Shown here: one piece after another, positions 27,593 to 37,505 of the stretch
Numbering within the stretch: position 1 is the stretch's first letter
How the letters are laid out: each line of letters starts with the position of its first letter
NCBI GenBank assembly: GCA_017520845.1
Contig: JAFXEU010000052.1
Location: forward strand, 23,621-87,620
Length of the DNA: 64,000 bases
Direction: 5' to 3'
From: Kiritimatiellia bacterium
GTDB lineage: Bacteria > Verrucomicrobiota > Kiritimatiellia > RFP12 > UBA1067
The notes under the pieces: generated by a model
The model's database searches: none
What the model was told of the DNA's origin: nothing
Seen by the model: only the letters and a program-made list of their open reading frames with translations
Translations under genes and position numbers: made by a program

Positions 27593-29143
27593 TCATGCCC
27601 AGAAAGCGTCTCCGTTTTCCGAATCAAGCTGTCTGTAGGAGGCCGCCTCCAGAACGGCCTCGCGCCCGACGGATTCTTCACCCGCGAGATCTGCGATGGT
27701 TCTTGCAACTCTCAATATTCTGTCGTACGCACGTGCCGACAAACTGAGAGATTCTATCGCCCGCCTGATTTCCCCGGTCGCTTCGGCCGTCAGTTTGCAT
27801 ATCTCTTTCAAATCGCGGCTCTTGGCGTCGGCGTTTGAAACAACGCCGTGCATTCCGCGATAACGGGCCGTCTGTATTTCACGCGCCCTTAAGACTCTCT
27901 CTCTAATGGCGCTGCTTGATTCGCCCTCCGATAGAGAATCAAGATCCTTTACCGGGACTGCGCTTACTCCGACCTGGATATCGATGCGGTCCAACAGAGG
28001 CCCTGATACACGACGCTGATATTTAAGAATCTGCGACTGGCTGCAACGGCACTCGTGCGTCGGATCGTTGTAGTAGCCGCACGGGCATGGATTCATCGCT
28101 GCAACAAGCATAAATCTACTCGGATAATCGCACGCCGCGAGGGCACGCGAGACAGCGACATGGCCGTCCTCAAGAGGCTGACGCAAAACTTCGAGCGCCT
28201 GACGCGGAAACTCCGGGAATTCGTCGAGAAAAAGAACGCCGCGATGAGCTAAGGAAACCTCGCCCGGAAGAGGATGAGCGCCCCCGCCCAAAAGTCCGAT
28301 GGAACTTACGGTATGATGGGGAGCGCGGAACGGACGCGAAGTGATAAAACGCCCTCCGCCTTTTTCACGCCCGGCTACAGAATGAATGCGCGAAACCTCA
28401 AGAGCCTCTTCAACCGACATCGGCGGCAGAATAGACGGTATGCGGCGAGCGAGCATCGTCTTTCCTGACCCCGGCGATCCGATCATCAGAACGTTATGAG
28501 AACCGGCGACGGCAACCTCGAGCGCACGCTTGACGAACGCCTGTCCTTTTACGTCCGCAAAGTCATCTCCGACTTCCCTGTTGAGTTCGACGAGATCCCC
28601 GAGATTCGTGAAGACGGGTTCTATCATAAGATTGCCGTTCAAAAATTCAGCCGCATCTCGAAGGGTCGCTACAGGGATAATGTCTATCCCGGAGACGATG
28701 CTCGCCTCTTCAGCGTTTTCTTCAGGCACGAGAACTGCACTCTTGCCTATCCGCCTCATTTCGAGAACCATCGGCAAAATCCCGCGCACGCGGCGCACCT
28801 TACCGGAAAGCGAAAGCTCGCCCACGAGAGCGTAGTCGCCTAAATCAATCGCCTTCAGGCGACCCGTCGCGGATAAAAGACCGACCGCTATCGGAAGATC
28901 GTATATGGGGCCTTCCTTTCGGACGTCGGCGGGCGCGAGATTGACAGTTACCGAAAACTCGTCCTTCGACTTGTAACCAGAATTCTTAAGCGCGGTCGAT
29001 ACGCGGTCCTTCGCCTCCTTGACGGCGGTATCCGGCAGGCCGACGATCGTAAACGAATTCGTCCCCTTTACGGAATAAACTTCGATTTCTACGGTAGACG
29101 CGTCGACCCCCGTAACGGCCGCGCTGTAACATCTGGCTAACAT
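27593..29143 (-). CDS. comM: YifB/ComM family Mg-chelatase-like AAA+ ATPase
   Basis: N-terminal Lon-like domain (MLARCYSAAVTGVDASTVEIEV), Walker A GSPGSGKT, and the C-terminal MCM-like/ChlI region. Length is 516 aa. Confidence 0.8.
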   Translation of the reverse strand: MLARCYSAAVTGVDASTVEIEVYSVKGTNSFTIVGLPDTAVKEAKDRVSTALKNSGYKSKDEFSVTVNLAPADVRKEGPIYDLPIAVGLLSATGRLKAIDLGDYALVGELSLSGKVRRVRGILPMVLEMRRIGKSAVLVPEENAEEASIVSGIDIIPVATLRDAAEFLNGNLMIEPVFTNLGDLVELNREVGDDFADVKGQAFVKRALEVAVAGSHNVLMIGSPGSGKTMLARRIPSILPPMSVEEALEVSRIHSVAGREKGGGRFITSRPFRAPHHTVSSIGLLGGGAHPLPGEVSLAHRGVLFLDEFPEFPRQALEVLRQPLEDGHVAVSRALAACDYPSRFMLVAAMNPCPCGYYNDPTHECRCSQSQILKYQRRVSGPLLDRIDIQVGVSAVPVKDLDSLSEGESSSAIRERVLRAREIQTARYRGMHGVVSNADAKSRDLKEICKLTAEATGEIRRAIESLSLSARAYDRILRVARTIADLAGEESVGREAVLEAASYRQLDSENGDAFWA

Positions 29144-29208
29144 GCGATCTCCTTTCGCCGACTTGTCCTGTCGACGGAAGGATTATCGCATTTTCAAAAA
29201 AAAGAAGT

Positions 29209-29268
29209 GTTACATTTCCGTTACATTTTCGTTACATTTTTGTAACGTTGATGTAACACAAATGTAAC
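29209..29268. promoter_or_regulatory. phased operator-like array: 3x GTTACATTT (starts 29209, 29220, 29231) followed by 3x TGTAAC (29241, 29252, 29263), all at 11-bp spacing, forming a 60-bp higher-order palindrome 66-125 bp upstream of comM
   Basis: Seen directly. The inner pair forms GTTACA-TTTT-TGTAAC. Confidence 0.45.
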
Positions 29269-29281
29269 GTTTCTCCCCGCG

Positions 29282-31129
29282 TCAGAAATCGCTCGAATCG
29301 CAGACGAGGGATTCCATGATGTAGTCTTTGCGCTCGGGCGTATTGGATCCCATATAGAACTTTATCGTTTTTTCGACGTCGTGATCGTCGGCGCACGTAA
29401 CGGGAGTCAGGCGCATATTCTCGCCGATGAAGTCCTTGAACTCCTTGGCGTTCAGTTCGCCAAGACCCTTGAAGCGCGTTATCTCGCACCCGCGGCCGCA
29501 CTTCCTGATCGCGACCTCGCGCTCCTCGTCGGAAAAGCAGTAATGTTGCTCCTTCTTGTTGCGGACGCGGAAAAGCGGCGTCTCGAGAATGTAGACGCGG
29601 CCGTCCGTTATGAGGGGACGGTAGAAGCGCATGAAGAACGTCGTGAGGAGCATCCGGATATGAAGCCCGTCGACATCGGCATCGGTCGCGAAAATGATCT
29701 TCGAATATCTCAGATGATCGAGCGAGTCCTCGATGTCGAGCGTTTTGATGAGATTGAAAAACTCCTCGTTCTTGTAAAGAACGTCCTTGTTGAGCCCGCA
29801 CGTGTTGAGCGGCTTACCCTTAAGGAAGAATACGGCCTGGTTCATCGCGTCGCGCGCAAGTCCGAGCGTACCGCCGGCGGACTGACCCTCGGTCAAGAAA
29901 ATCATCGTATCGTCGCCTTCCGGACGACCGGTCTTCTTATTGATCTTATCGAGCTTAAGATGATTCTTGCAATCCTTGAGTTGCGGAACGCGGACCGAAA
30001 CCGCCTGGGTACGTTCGCGCGCCTGCTTCTTGATGGTGTTGAGCTGAGAGCGGATCTTGCCGGTCTCCTCGATCTTGGCGATGAGCTTGTCGGTTTCGGA
30101 CGGCGAACGGTGGAGCGCGGCGAGGATTTCCTTGCGCATCTCGGCGACGAGATCGGAGCGGATATCGTTCATCACGAACTTGATCTTCGTCTGGCCTTCA
30201 AAAACGGGATTCATGATTCTGAGCGACACCGCTCCGATAAGGCCGTCGCGGATATCGTCTCCGTCGAATTTCTTTTTCGCCCCGTAATCGTTGAGCGCCT
30301 TCGTGAGCGCCTCCTTGAACGCCGTAAGATGGGTGCCGCCGTCGGTCGTATACTGACCGTTGACGAAAGAATGATACTCTTCGCCGAAACGGTTGGTATG
30401 GGTGAAGATTATTTCGAGATTCTTCGTCTTGATGTGAAAAGGCGCATAGAGTTTTTCGAACTGGGCCTCGTCGGCGACAAGATCGGCAAGCCCCCCTTCG
30501 GAGCAGATCGACTGACCGTTGAGATTGATCGTAAGACCGGCGTTGACGTAGCAGTACATCCGCATGCGTCTTACGACATGCTCTTCGCGCACCTTGAAAT
30601 TCTTCAGGACCTTCACGTCCGGCCTGTAGCGGATGAACGTTCCGTTCGGCTCACGCGTTTTGCACTGGCCGCGTTTCTTCGATTTTAGACGACCCTCTTC
30701 GAAAAAACCTTCGGAATACTCTCCCTCGCGGAAGGCGCGGACTTCAAAAAATTCGGAAAGCGCGTTCACGGCCTTCGTTCCGACGCCGTTCATTCCGGCC
30801 GAAAACTGAAAGTTATCGGAGTCGAACTTGCCGCCGGTATTCATCTGACTTACGCAGTCGACGACCTTCTCCAGAGGAATTCCGCGCCCGTAGTCTCTGA
30901 CGCTCGTCTCGCCCGTGTCGTAATTGACGTTGACGTCAATCTTTTTACCGTAGTTCATGACAAACTCGTCGACGGAGTTGTCGATGACCTCCTTCATCAG
31001 AATGTATATGCAATCGTGGTACATCGCGCCCGTACCGGGCTCGCCGACGTACATGCCGGGGCGCATTCTGATGTGCGTCACCGGATCAAGGGTCTTGATG
31101 CTGTCTGCGCCGTAACTGTTCTTTGCCAT
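29282..31129 (-). CDS. gyrB: type IIA topoisomerase ATPase subunit B (GyrB/ParE family, short 615-aa form)
   Basis: GHKL ATPase N-terminus (YDCIYILMKEVIDNSVDE, GRGIP), TOPRIM (EGQSAGG) and the C-terminal GyrB/ParE tail. No A subunit is adjacent, so the gyrB versus parE choice is open. Confidence 0.75.
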   Translation of the reverse strand: MAKNSYGADSIKTLDPVTHIRMRPGMYVGEPGTGAMYHDCIYILMKEVIDNSVDEFVMNYGKKIDVNVNYDTGETSVRDYGRGIPLEKVVDCVSQMNTGGKFDSDNFQFSAGMNGVGTKAVNALSEFFEVRAFREGEYSEGFFEEGRLKSKKRGQCKTREPNGTFIRYRPDVKVLKNFKVREEHVVRRMRMYCYVNAGLTINLNGQSICSEGGLADLVADEAQFEKLYAPFHIKTKNLEIIFTHTNRFGEEYHSFVNGQYTTDGGTHLTAFKEALTKALNDYGAKKKFDGDDIRDGLIGAVSLRIMNPVFEGQTKIKFVMNDIRSDLVAEMRKEILAALHRSPSETDKLIAKIEETGKIRSQLNTIKKQARERTQAVSVRVPQLKDCKNHLKLDKINKKTGRPEGDDTMIFLTEGQSAGGTLGLARDAMNQAVFFLKGKPLNTCGLNKDVLYKNEEFFNLIKTLDIEDSLDHLRYSKIIFATDADVDGLHIRMLLTTFFMRFYRPLITDGRVYILETPLFRVRNKKEQHYCFSDEEREVAIRKCGRGCEITRFKGLGELNAKEFKDFIGENMRLTPVTCADDHDVEKTIKFYMGSNTPERKDYIMESLVCDSSDF

Positions 31130-31141
31130 AATTGTCCGCTG

Positions 31142-32608
31142 TTAATTCGCGTTAGCGTGGGGGCACGATGCGCACGGACACTTGTAGCCCTCGCCGTCGA
31201 TCGAAACATCCTTGCCGGTCCAGCAGTACGTACACAGGCTCTCCGCCGGCAGTCCGATCGCCTTTACGAGATCGTCGATTCGCTGGAACGCGAGCGACGT
31301 GAGATTGAGCTTCTCGCGGATGAACTCGACCATGCGCGCGTAAGGCTCGCCGTCGGGGTCGATATACTTCGAAACATCGGCGTTCTCGCCCTCGTGCCCG
31401 CGGATGTAACGGCGCGTGACAAGATCGTACTCGCTCTTGGAGCGGGAGAAATTGAGGAATTTGCAGGGATACAGAAGCGGCGGACTCGCGATGCGCATGT
31501 GCGTTTCGAGACAGCCTTCGGAATAGAGTTTTATAGCCTGCTTGCCGAGCTGGGTGCCGCGGACGATCGAATCGTCGCAGAAAACGAGCTTGCGGTTTTT
31601 GATGAGCCCGGGGATCGTGATAAGTTTCATTCTGGCGACATGCTCGCGCTGACTCTGATCGGACGGCATGAACGAACGCGCCCATGTCGGAGTATACTTC
31701 ACGAAGGGTCTCGCGTACTTAATGCCCGCCTCATGCGCGTAACCGAGCGCGTGGGAAATGCCGGAATCGGGAATGCCGCATGCCGCGTCGGCGACGGTAG
31801 GCGTGCGCTTCGCGAGCGCACTGCCGCAACGGTAACGCGTCATCTCGATATTGCGCCCTTCGTAAGACGACGCCGGATAACCGTAATAAACCCAAAGGAA
31901 TGAACAGATCGCCATGCGTTTGCCGGGTTCGACAAGCGTAATATCCACTTCAACGGTAAGCTCGACAACTTCGCCGGGGCCGATGTCGCGGACATATTCG
32001 TAGCCGAGGTTGGCCAGAGCGCAGCTCTCCATAACGGCGATCATCGCGCCGTCCTTCTTCCCGAGAATCACCGGGGTGCGCCCCCAACGGTCGCGCATGG
32101 CGTAAAGCCGGCCCGTCTCATCGATTATGAGAATCGAACAACTGCCCTTTACCTTCTGCTGAACGTACTTTAGGCCTTCAACAATCGACGACTGAGTCGC
32201 GATAAGCGCCGAAACGACTTCCGTCGGTCCGACCATCCCGCTCGTCGTCGAAAACTGAAGCTGCATCGAGTTCCGCTCGAACAGTTCCTTCTTAAGCTCC
32301 TCGATGTTATCGATGTAGCCTACCGTTACGATAGCGAACGCGCCAAGCTTCGAGCACATGACGAGCGGCTGCGGATCGGTATCTGATATTACGCCGATGC
32401 CGACCTTGCCCGAAAACTTCGGGATGTCGTGCTCGAATTTGCTGCGGAACGGCGAATTCTGAATGTTGTGGATCGAGCGCTGAAAACCCGATTCGTTCAA
32501 GATCGCCATTCCGCCGCGGTGGGTCCCGAGATGGGAATGGTAATCCGTTCCGTAAAAGAGGTCAAGAACGCAATCGTCTTTGGAAATTACACCGCAGAAC
32601 CCGCCCAT
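31142..32608 (-). CDS. purF: amidophosphoribosyltransferase (class II glutamine amidotransferase + PRTase)
   Basis: N-terminal MGGF-CGVIS (short propeptide plus nucleophile Cys, as in B. subtilis PurF), the PRTase motif LVFCDDSIVRGTQ, and a C-terminal Cys cluster (CTYCW...CPCASCP) plausibly ligating an Fe-S cluster. Confidence 0.7.
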   Translation of the reverse strand: MGGFCGVISKDDCVLDLFYGTDYHSHLGTHRGGMAILNESGFQRSIHNIQNSPFRSKFEHDIPKFSGKVGIGVISDTDPQPLVMCSKLGAFAIVTVGYIDNIEELKKELFERNSMQLQFSTTSGMVGPTEVVSALIATQSSIVEGLKYVQQKVKGSCSILIIDETGRLYAMRDRWGRTPVILGKKDGAMIAVMESCALANLGYEYVRDIGPGEVVELTVEVDITLVEPGKRMAICSFLWVYYGYPASSYEGRNIEMTRYRCGSALAKRTPTVADAACGIPDSGISHALGYAHEAGIKYARPFVKYTPTWARSFMPSDQSQREHVARMKLITIPGLIKNRKLVFCDDSIVRGTQLGKQAIKLYSEGCLETHMRIASPPLLYPCKFLNFSRSKSEYDLVTRRYIRGHEGENADVSKYIDPDGEPYARMVEFIREKLNLTSLAFQRIDDLVKAIGLPAESLCTYCWTGKDVSIDGEGYKCPCASCPHANAN

Positions 32609-32622
32609 TTTTTTTACCTTTT

Positions 32623-32699
32623 TGGTGCGACTGACTGGGATCGAACCAGCAACCTTCGGCTTCGGAGGCCAACGCTCTATCCAATTGAGCTACAGTCGC
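32623..32699 (-). tRNA. tRNA-Arg (anticodon CCG)
   Basis: The reverse complement reads GCGACTGTAGCTCAATTGGATAGAGCGTTGGCCTCCGAAGCCGAAGGTTGCTGGTTCGATCCCAGTCAGTCGCACCA. It has a 7-bp acceptor stem (GCGACTG/CAGTCGC), a D-arm, the anticodon loop CTCCGAA, the T-arm GGTTCGATCC and an encoded CCA. Very similar to E. coli tRNA-Arg(CCG). Confidence 0.85.
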
Positions 32700-32707
32700 G
32701 TGTATTG

Positions 32708-34291
32708 TCAGAATTCAAGCGCGTCGTACATCATCGCGAGAAATTCCGCGTAGGTCATACGCGTCTGTTTCATTGAATCGCGTTCGCGTACGGTGAACGT
32801 TCCGTCTTCGACGGACTGGGCGTCGACGGTGATGCACCAGGGCGTTCCCGCCTCGTCCTGACGGCGATAGCGACGGCCGATGGCGCCAGAGACGTCCCAC
32901 ATGACATTAACCTTCTTCTGAAGCTTCGTGAAAATCTCGCGCGCGAGCTTATCCTGCGCCTCGTCCTTTTTGATGAGCGGGAAGATGGCGACCTTGATAG
33001 GCGCGACCTTCGGGCTGAAGTGAAGAACCGTGCGGATATCCTCTTTGCCTTTCTCGTCGACGAGCTTTTCTTCCTCGTAGGCCTCACACAAGAGCGCGAG
33101 CATAAGACGGTCGACGCCGGCGGAAGGCTCGATAACGTGGGGAACGTACTTGCCGTCAAAGAGATTAAGGCAGAACTTCTCGGCGGCGACGGGATCCTTG
33201 CCGCGGGCGACCCAATCGGCCTGAACCTTCTCGATAAACGCCTTGCGGGCGGCCTCGTCCATCTTCTTGGCGGCCTGCTTCAAAGGATCGTCGAACACCA
33301 TCTGGGATTCGCCGGAATGCTTCTGATGCTGCGAAAGGTCAAAATCGCTTCGCGCGGCGATACCCTCGAGCTCCTGGCGGCCGAACGGGAAATCGTATTC
33401 GATATCGACGCAAGCGCGCGCATAATGGGCGAGCTCATCAGGCTTCTGCCAATATTCGACGAAACGCTCGGTGGGAAGACCGACGGCGTTCAGGAATTTC
33501 TTACGCTGCTCGACCCAATACTTGTGCCAGACTTCCCAACCCCAGTCGTCCTGAACGGGACCGTTGAGATCGGGATTGTCGGCGAGAGTCACGACATGGC
33601 CGTGAAGAATCTCGACCGCCTCATCGGGGCGGATGAAGAACTCAAGCTCCATCTGCTCGAACTCGCGGCTGCGGAACGTGTAGTTGCGCGGCGTAACCTC
33701 ATTACGGAAGCTCTTACCCATCTGGGCGATACCGTAGGGAACGGCCATGCGCGAAGTCGAGGTGACATTCTGGAACTGTGCGAAAATCGCTTGAGCCGTC
33801 TCGGGACGCAGATACGCTACGTTCGAGGGATCTTCAATCGGTCCGACGATCGTCTTGAACATCAGATTGAAGGGCTTCGGCTCCGTAAGCTCGCCGCCGC
33901 AGTAGGGACAGAAGAAGTCGCTGCCGGCGATCTTGGGCTGCGGCTTCTTTTTCTGATCCTCGTAGATATCCTTGATCTGGTCGGCGCGCATAAGCTTTTT
34001 GCAGTCCTTGCACATCGTCATCGGATCGGCGAACGTATCAAGATGGCCCGACGCCTTCCAGATTTTCGGGTGCATGATGATCGTCGCGTCGAGACCGGCG
34101 ACATCCTCGCGGCCGCGGACCGTGAACTGCCACCAGGCCTGCTTAACATTATTCTTAAGCTCGCAGCCGAGCGGACCGTAATCCCAAAAACCGGGCATTC
34201 CGCCGTAGATTTCGGACGAATGATAAATAAAACCGCGGCGCTTGCAAAGCGCGCTGAGCGGATCGAGAGACGATTTGTTTTCTTCTGCCAT
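32708..34291 (-). CDS. glyQS: glycine--tRNA ligase (alpha2 homodimeric type)
   Basis: RRGFIYHSSEIYGGMPGFWDYGPLG and class II aaRS motifs. The likely start is MAEENKSS at 34291. Confidence 0.85.
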   Translation of the reverse strand: MAEENKSSLDPLSALCKRRGFIYHSSEIYGGMPGFWDYGPLGCELKNNVKQAWWQFTVRGREDVAGLDATIIMHPKIWKASGHLDTFADPMTMCKDCKKLMRADQIKDIYEDQKKKPQPKIAGSDFFCPYCGGELTEPKPFNLMFKTIVGPIEDPSNVAYLRPETAQAIFAQFQNVTSTSRMAVPYGIAQMGKSFRNEVTPRNYTFRSREFEQMELEFFIRPDEAVEILHGHVVTLADNPDLNGPVQDDWGWEVWHKYWVEQRKKFLNAVGLPTERFVEYWQKPDELAHYARACVDIEYDFPFGRQELEGIAARSDFDLSQHQKHSGESQMVFDDPLKQAAKKMDEAARKAFIEKVQADWVARGKDPVAAEKFCLNLFDGKYVPHVIEPSAGVDRLMLALLCEAYEEEKLVDEKGKEDIRTVLHFSPKVAPIKVAIFPLIKKDEAQDKLAREIFTKLQKKVNVMWDVSGAIGRRYRRQDEAGTPWCITVDAQSVEDGTFTVRERDSMKQTRMTYAEFLAMMYDALEF

Positions 34292-34370
34292 AATGGGTAA
34301 TATTATATCAAATCTGTAACGGCTATACAAACGCCGCCAACTACGAAAACCGGAACCGGTTCACGCGGTT

Positions 34371-35033
34371 TTAAAGCGTCTCCATCAGTTTCCTTGCAGC
34401 GGCGGAGTCGGCCTCCCGGCGGGAGCCTCCCTCGCCTTGAGCAGATCCGACTCCCTCTACCGTAACCTCAACGGTAAAAGTCGGTTTATTGCTCGTACCG
34501 GTAGTCTTAACGAGGCGATACGACGGCATCCTCGGAGGAACCATAGCCTGAGTCAAATGCTGAAGAGCCGACTTGGGATTGCCGTCAAGTTCGCCGAAAC
34601 GCGAATTGGCCGTAAGCGCGAGATTATCGAAGATCGTCTTGGCAGCCTTAAGTCCTCCGTCCAGCCATGCGGCTCCTATTACGGCCTCTACCGCGTCCGC
34701 AACTGTCTTCGATTTGGGGGAAAGTTCCCCCGCCCCCTTGTTGCGCTTTAAAAGCGAAATAAAGTCGCCGCCTTCCACCGCCTCGCAAAGGGCCGCCGTG
34801 GAAACCATGTGCTGACGCTTTCCGGTAAGTTCGCCCTCTTTAAGCGAAGGATTGTTTTCATAAAGCCAGTCCGTCGCCAAAAGCCCCAAAACGGCGTCGC
34901 CCAAAAATTCAAGACGCTGGTTGTCGGACGCTTTGGGCGTCGTCATCCTGAACGACGGTGTCGTCAGAGCCTCCTCAAGCAAAGATCCGTTTTTAAAGGT
35001 ATATCCAAAGAGAGTAGAATCAGATATAGGCAT
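34371..35033 (-). CDS. rnc: ribonuclease III
   Basis: RNase III signature NQRLEFLGDAVLGL and the C-terminal dsRBD (KTTGTSNKPTFTVEV). Length is 220 aa. Confidence 0.8.
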   Translation of the reverse strand: MPISDSTLFGYTFKNGSLLEEALTTPSFRMTTPKASDNQRLEFLGDAVLGLLATDWLYENNPSLKEGELTGKRQHMVSTAALCEAVEGGDFISLLKRNKGAGELSPKSKTVADAVEAVIGAAWLDGGLKAAKTIFDNLALTANSRFGELDGNPKSALQHLTQAMVPPRMPSYRLVKTTGTSNKPTFTVEVTVEGVGSAQGEGGSRREADSAAARKLMETL

Positions 35034-35057
35034 AAGAAGAACTTTAATCGATTATCG

Positions 35058-36131
35058 TTATGAATTAAGCGAAGCTACCGCTTTTGCTGCCGTCGCGAAA
35101 GCCATCGTCAGATTGTAGCCGCCTGTAGGCCCGTCGATATCCATCACCTCACCGGCGAAGTACAGCCCAGGCACAAGCCGCGACTCCATCGTATCCGGAT
35201 TTATCTCGTCCGTCGAAATTCCGCCGATCGTAACGATCGCCTCCTTCACCGGCCGGGGTTTAAGATTCCTGAACTGAAGCCTCTGTTTATCAAGCCAAAC
35301 CTCAATTGTATAATCTTTAAGTTTCGCATGCTCGATAAAACGCTGCGAATTGTATACGGCGGCTCCGCTGAGGCCAAACGATTCACAATCGACCTCGCCC
35401 CTGTAATCGTAAAGAACCTTACCGTCACCCGACAAGACTTTAGCGCGCGCGTCTTCGTACCTTCTGCCTGCGCGTCGCGTAATTTCCGCATCAGCTGTTT
35501 CAAGCCCGATCAATCCTGGACGGTAAGGGACGATTTTATGGCCGAGTGCGCGCGCGAAGTTCTGGCCGTCGCCTACGGAACCGAGTTTAGGATAACTTAC
35601 CCCGCCCGTAGCAAGAAGAACGTTCTCGGCCCACAGCGTAAAATTTTTAGTCGCGACGATAAATCCGTTTTTCTGGGGCTGAATCCCCGTCACCGGGCAG
35701 TTCGTAACGACCGGCGTTTCGCTGTTTCTCAGAAGGTCGCCGAAAGCGTGAACAATCGTCGTCGCCTTACCGTCGGCGGGAAACATGCGCGCATCGGCCA
35801 TTCTGCGCACAGGCACATTTAAAGATCTGAAAAAGGAAATAATCTTTCTCGGCGGACATGAACGCAATGCGGACTGAAGAAACTTCGCAGCGCTCCGCCC
35901 TTGGGGTGTGCCGACGGGACATTCGACGTCTTTCAGAAAATCCTCCGGCGAAATATCCTTTGCGAAATTGCAACGCCCGTTTGCCGTCATAAGAACCTTC
36001 GATCCGAGCCTGGCTTTGCGCTCGATAAGAACAGCGGGGATCTTTCTTTGCGCCGCCACAGCCGCGGCGAACATTCCCGCCGCGCCGCCGCCAACTATAG
36101 CCAATTTTACCGGTGTATGTTTAAGTCCCAT
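35058..36131 (-). CDS. HI0933-family FAD-dependent oxidoreductase (BaiN-like flavoprotein)
   Basis: Rossmann dinucleotide motif LAIVGGGAAGMFAA and HI0933-like middle and C-terminal regions. The likely start is MGLKH at 36131, immediately after the stop of the upstream gene. Confidence 0.6.
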   Translation of the reverse strand: MGLKHTPVKLAIVGGGAAGMFAAAVAAQRKIPAVLIERKARLGSKVLMTANGRCNFAKDISPEDFLKDVECPVGTPQGRSAAKFLQSALRSCPPRKIISFFRSLNVPVRRMADARMFPADGKATTIVHAFGDLLRNSETPVVTNCPVTGIQPQKNGFIVATKNFTLWAENVLLATGGVSYPKLGSVGDGQNFARALGHKIVPYRPGLIGLETADAEITRRAGRRYEDARAKVLSGDGKVLYDYRGEVDCESFGLSGAAVYNSQRFIEHAKLKDYTIEVWLDKQRLQFRNLKPRPVKEAIVTIGGISTDEINPDTMESRLVPGLYFAGEVMDIDGPTGGYNLTMAFATAAKAVASLNS

Positions 36132-36132
36132 A

Positions 36133-37452
36133 TTATTGAATCCTGATGAAAAACCCAGAGTCGTTCTGCGATGATGTTTTAACGCGAAGTTCGGCGTTCT
36201 CGCTTTCCTTGCCGTCCGCGTCAATCGCAGTCACCTTTATGACATAATCCGTATTTCTTTCGAGATTTGAAAGTCTGATTTTCGATTCGGAAGTATTTAT
36301 TTCCTGAACCAATTCGTGTCTTTCGCCGGCAGGTGAATAATTTTTAATAAACTTCATCTCATCTATTATCACTCTATGATTCGTCTTATTCCCGGTCGCG
36401 TTGAAAAGAATCGGCTTACCTGAGGGGAAAACCCCAAGCGAGATTATTTCACGCTTGAATTCTTTTTCAAGATCAACCGTCGCGAAAACATTCGTCGTTC
36501 CCGCCGGCTCTTCATAGCCGATGGTCATAATCCCGTTGTCCTCGACTTCCTTAATTACACTGCCGCCGTCTTCTTCAACGGCAGTAACGTGAAAATATTT
36601 TCGGACAGTCATATCAACAGATAAAGAATCGTAATCTCCAAACCCGCGATGCTTGAGAACACCCTTTTCATCACTCTTTGAAATCTGAATTTGACCGGCG
36701 GATTTTGCAGGAAGATAAATCAACGTCGAGCCTGAGAAATCCGGATACTTATCAATAAAGTCATCAGCCTTTTCGTTTGTAGCGCCATCGTTGGAAACCT
36801 CATTGAAATTATATGAAGAAACCGTTTCATAACTCTCTTCGTTCCATGAGGATTTGTAAACACTGATTTTGTTACCTTTCACAACTTCCGGATTTAGCCA
36901 TTTTACAGTAATCTGCCTTCCTCCCACACGAGTGGCCTCGAGATTTTCCGGAGGATAGGGAATTGAAACGCCGCATATCTCCGCGCTGAGGAGATAAATA
37001 TTACCATCTGAACCTTCGTCCGCCTTAAAACCGATCGACTGAATGCGATCCTCTTTCGACCAGGAGCAAAAAACCTCATTTTCCTCTGTCCCATTGGGAG
37101 TAATCTCTCTCCAATACTCTTTTCCGTCTACAGGCTTATTGTCGATTAAAGGAAAAACATAGAGAAGTTTACGTTTCTCTGAATCGTTAGTATGCTTTGC
37201 GACAACCGTAATGGACGTTATTGCAAAATCGAATATCGGTGATATTACGGCGATATCAGTTTTGCTTGATATGTAAATCCTGCCGTCAACGTTTGTTTTT
37301 GTATTTTGTGTATATACCCAATCTGTATTGTTTGTAAGACTGCTGGTAAACGTAACTTCAACCTCCGCCGCCATCCCTTTCGCAGAGAAAAACACTACCG
37401 CAAATACCATTAGAAAAGCGCAAGGTATCGACCGCGAAAAAACATGCTTCAT
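36133..37452 (-). CDS. secreted hypothetical protein with fibronectin-III-like beta-sandwich repeats (439 aa)
   Basis: Signal peptide/TM (CAFLMVFAVVFFSA). Beta-rich repeats present. No catalytic motifs recognised. Confidence 0.4.
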   Translation of the reverse strand: MKHVFSRSIPCAFLMVFAVVFFSAKGMAAEVEVTFTSSLTNNTDWVYTQNTKTNVDGRIYISSKTDIAVISPIFDFAITSITVVAKHTNDSEKRKLLYVFPLIDNKPVDGKEYWREITPNGTEENEVFCSWSKEDRIQSIGFKADEGSDGNIYLLSAEICGVSIPYPPENLEATRVGGRQITVKWLNPEVVKGNKISVYKSSWNEESYETVSSYNFNEVSNDGATNEKADDFIDKYPDFSGSTLIYLPAKSAGQIQISKSDEKGVLKHRGFGDYDSLSVDMTVRKYFHVTAVEEDGGSVIKEVEDNGIMTIGYEEPAGTTNVFATVDLEKEFKREIISLGVFPSGKPILFNATGNKTNHRVIIDEMKFIKNYSPAGERHELVQEINTSESKIRLSNLERNTDYVIKVTAIDADGKESENAELRVKTSSQNDSGFFIRIQ

Positions 37453-37505
37453 AACTTACTCCTTTCTTGATGTTCTAACGACACATAGTATTTTACAAAA
37501 AATAC

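Noticed and set aside
29381-30688. 435-aa plus-strand ORF inside gyrB/parE
   Set aside because: Antisense shadow. The minus frame carries unmistakable GHKL/TOPRIM motifs.
32429-32776. 115-aa plus-strand ORF
   Set aside because: It overlaps the tRNA-Arg gene and the ends of purF and glyQS. It is incompatible with the tRNA.
33020-34300. 426-aa plus-strand ORF inside glyQS
   Set aside because: Antisense shadow of glycyl-tRNA synthetase.
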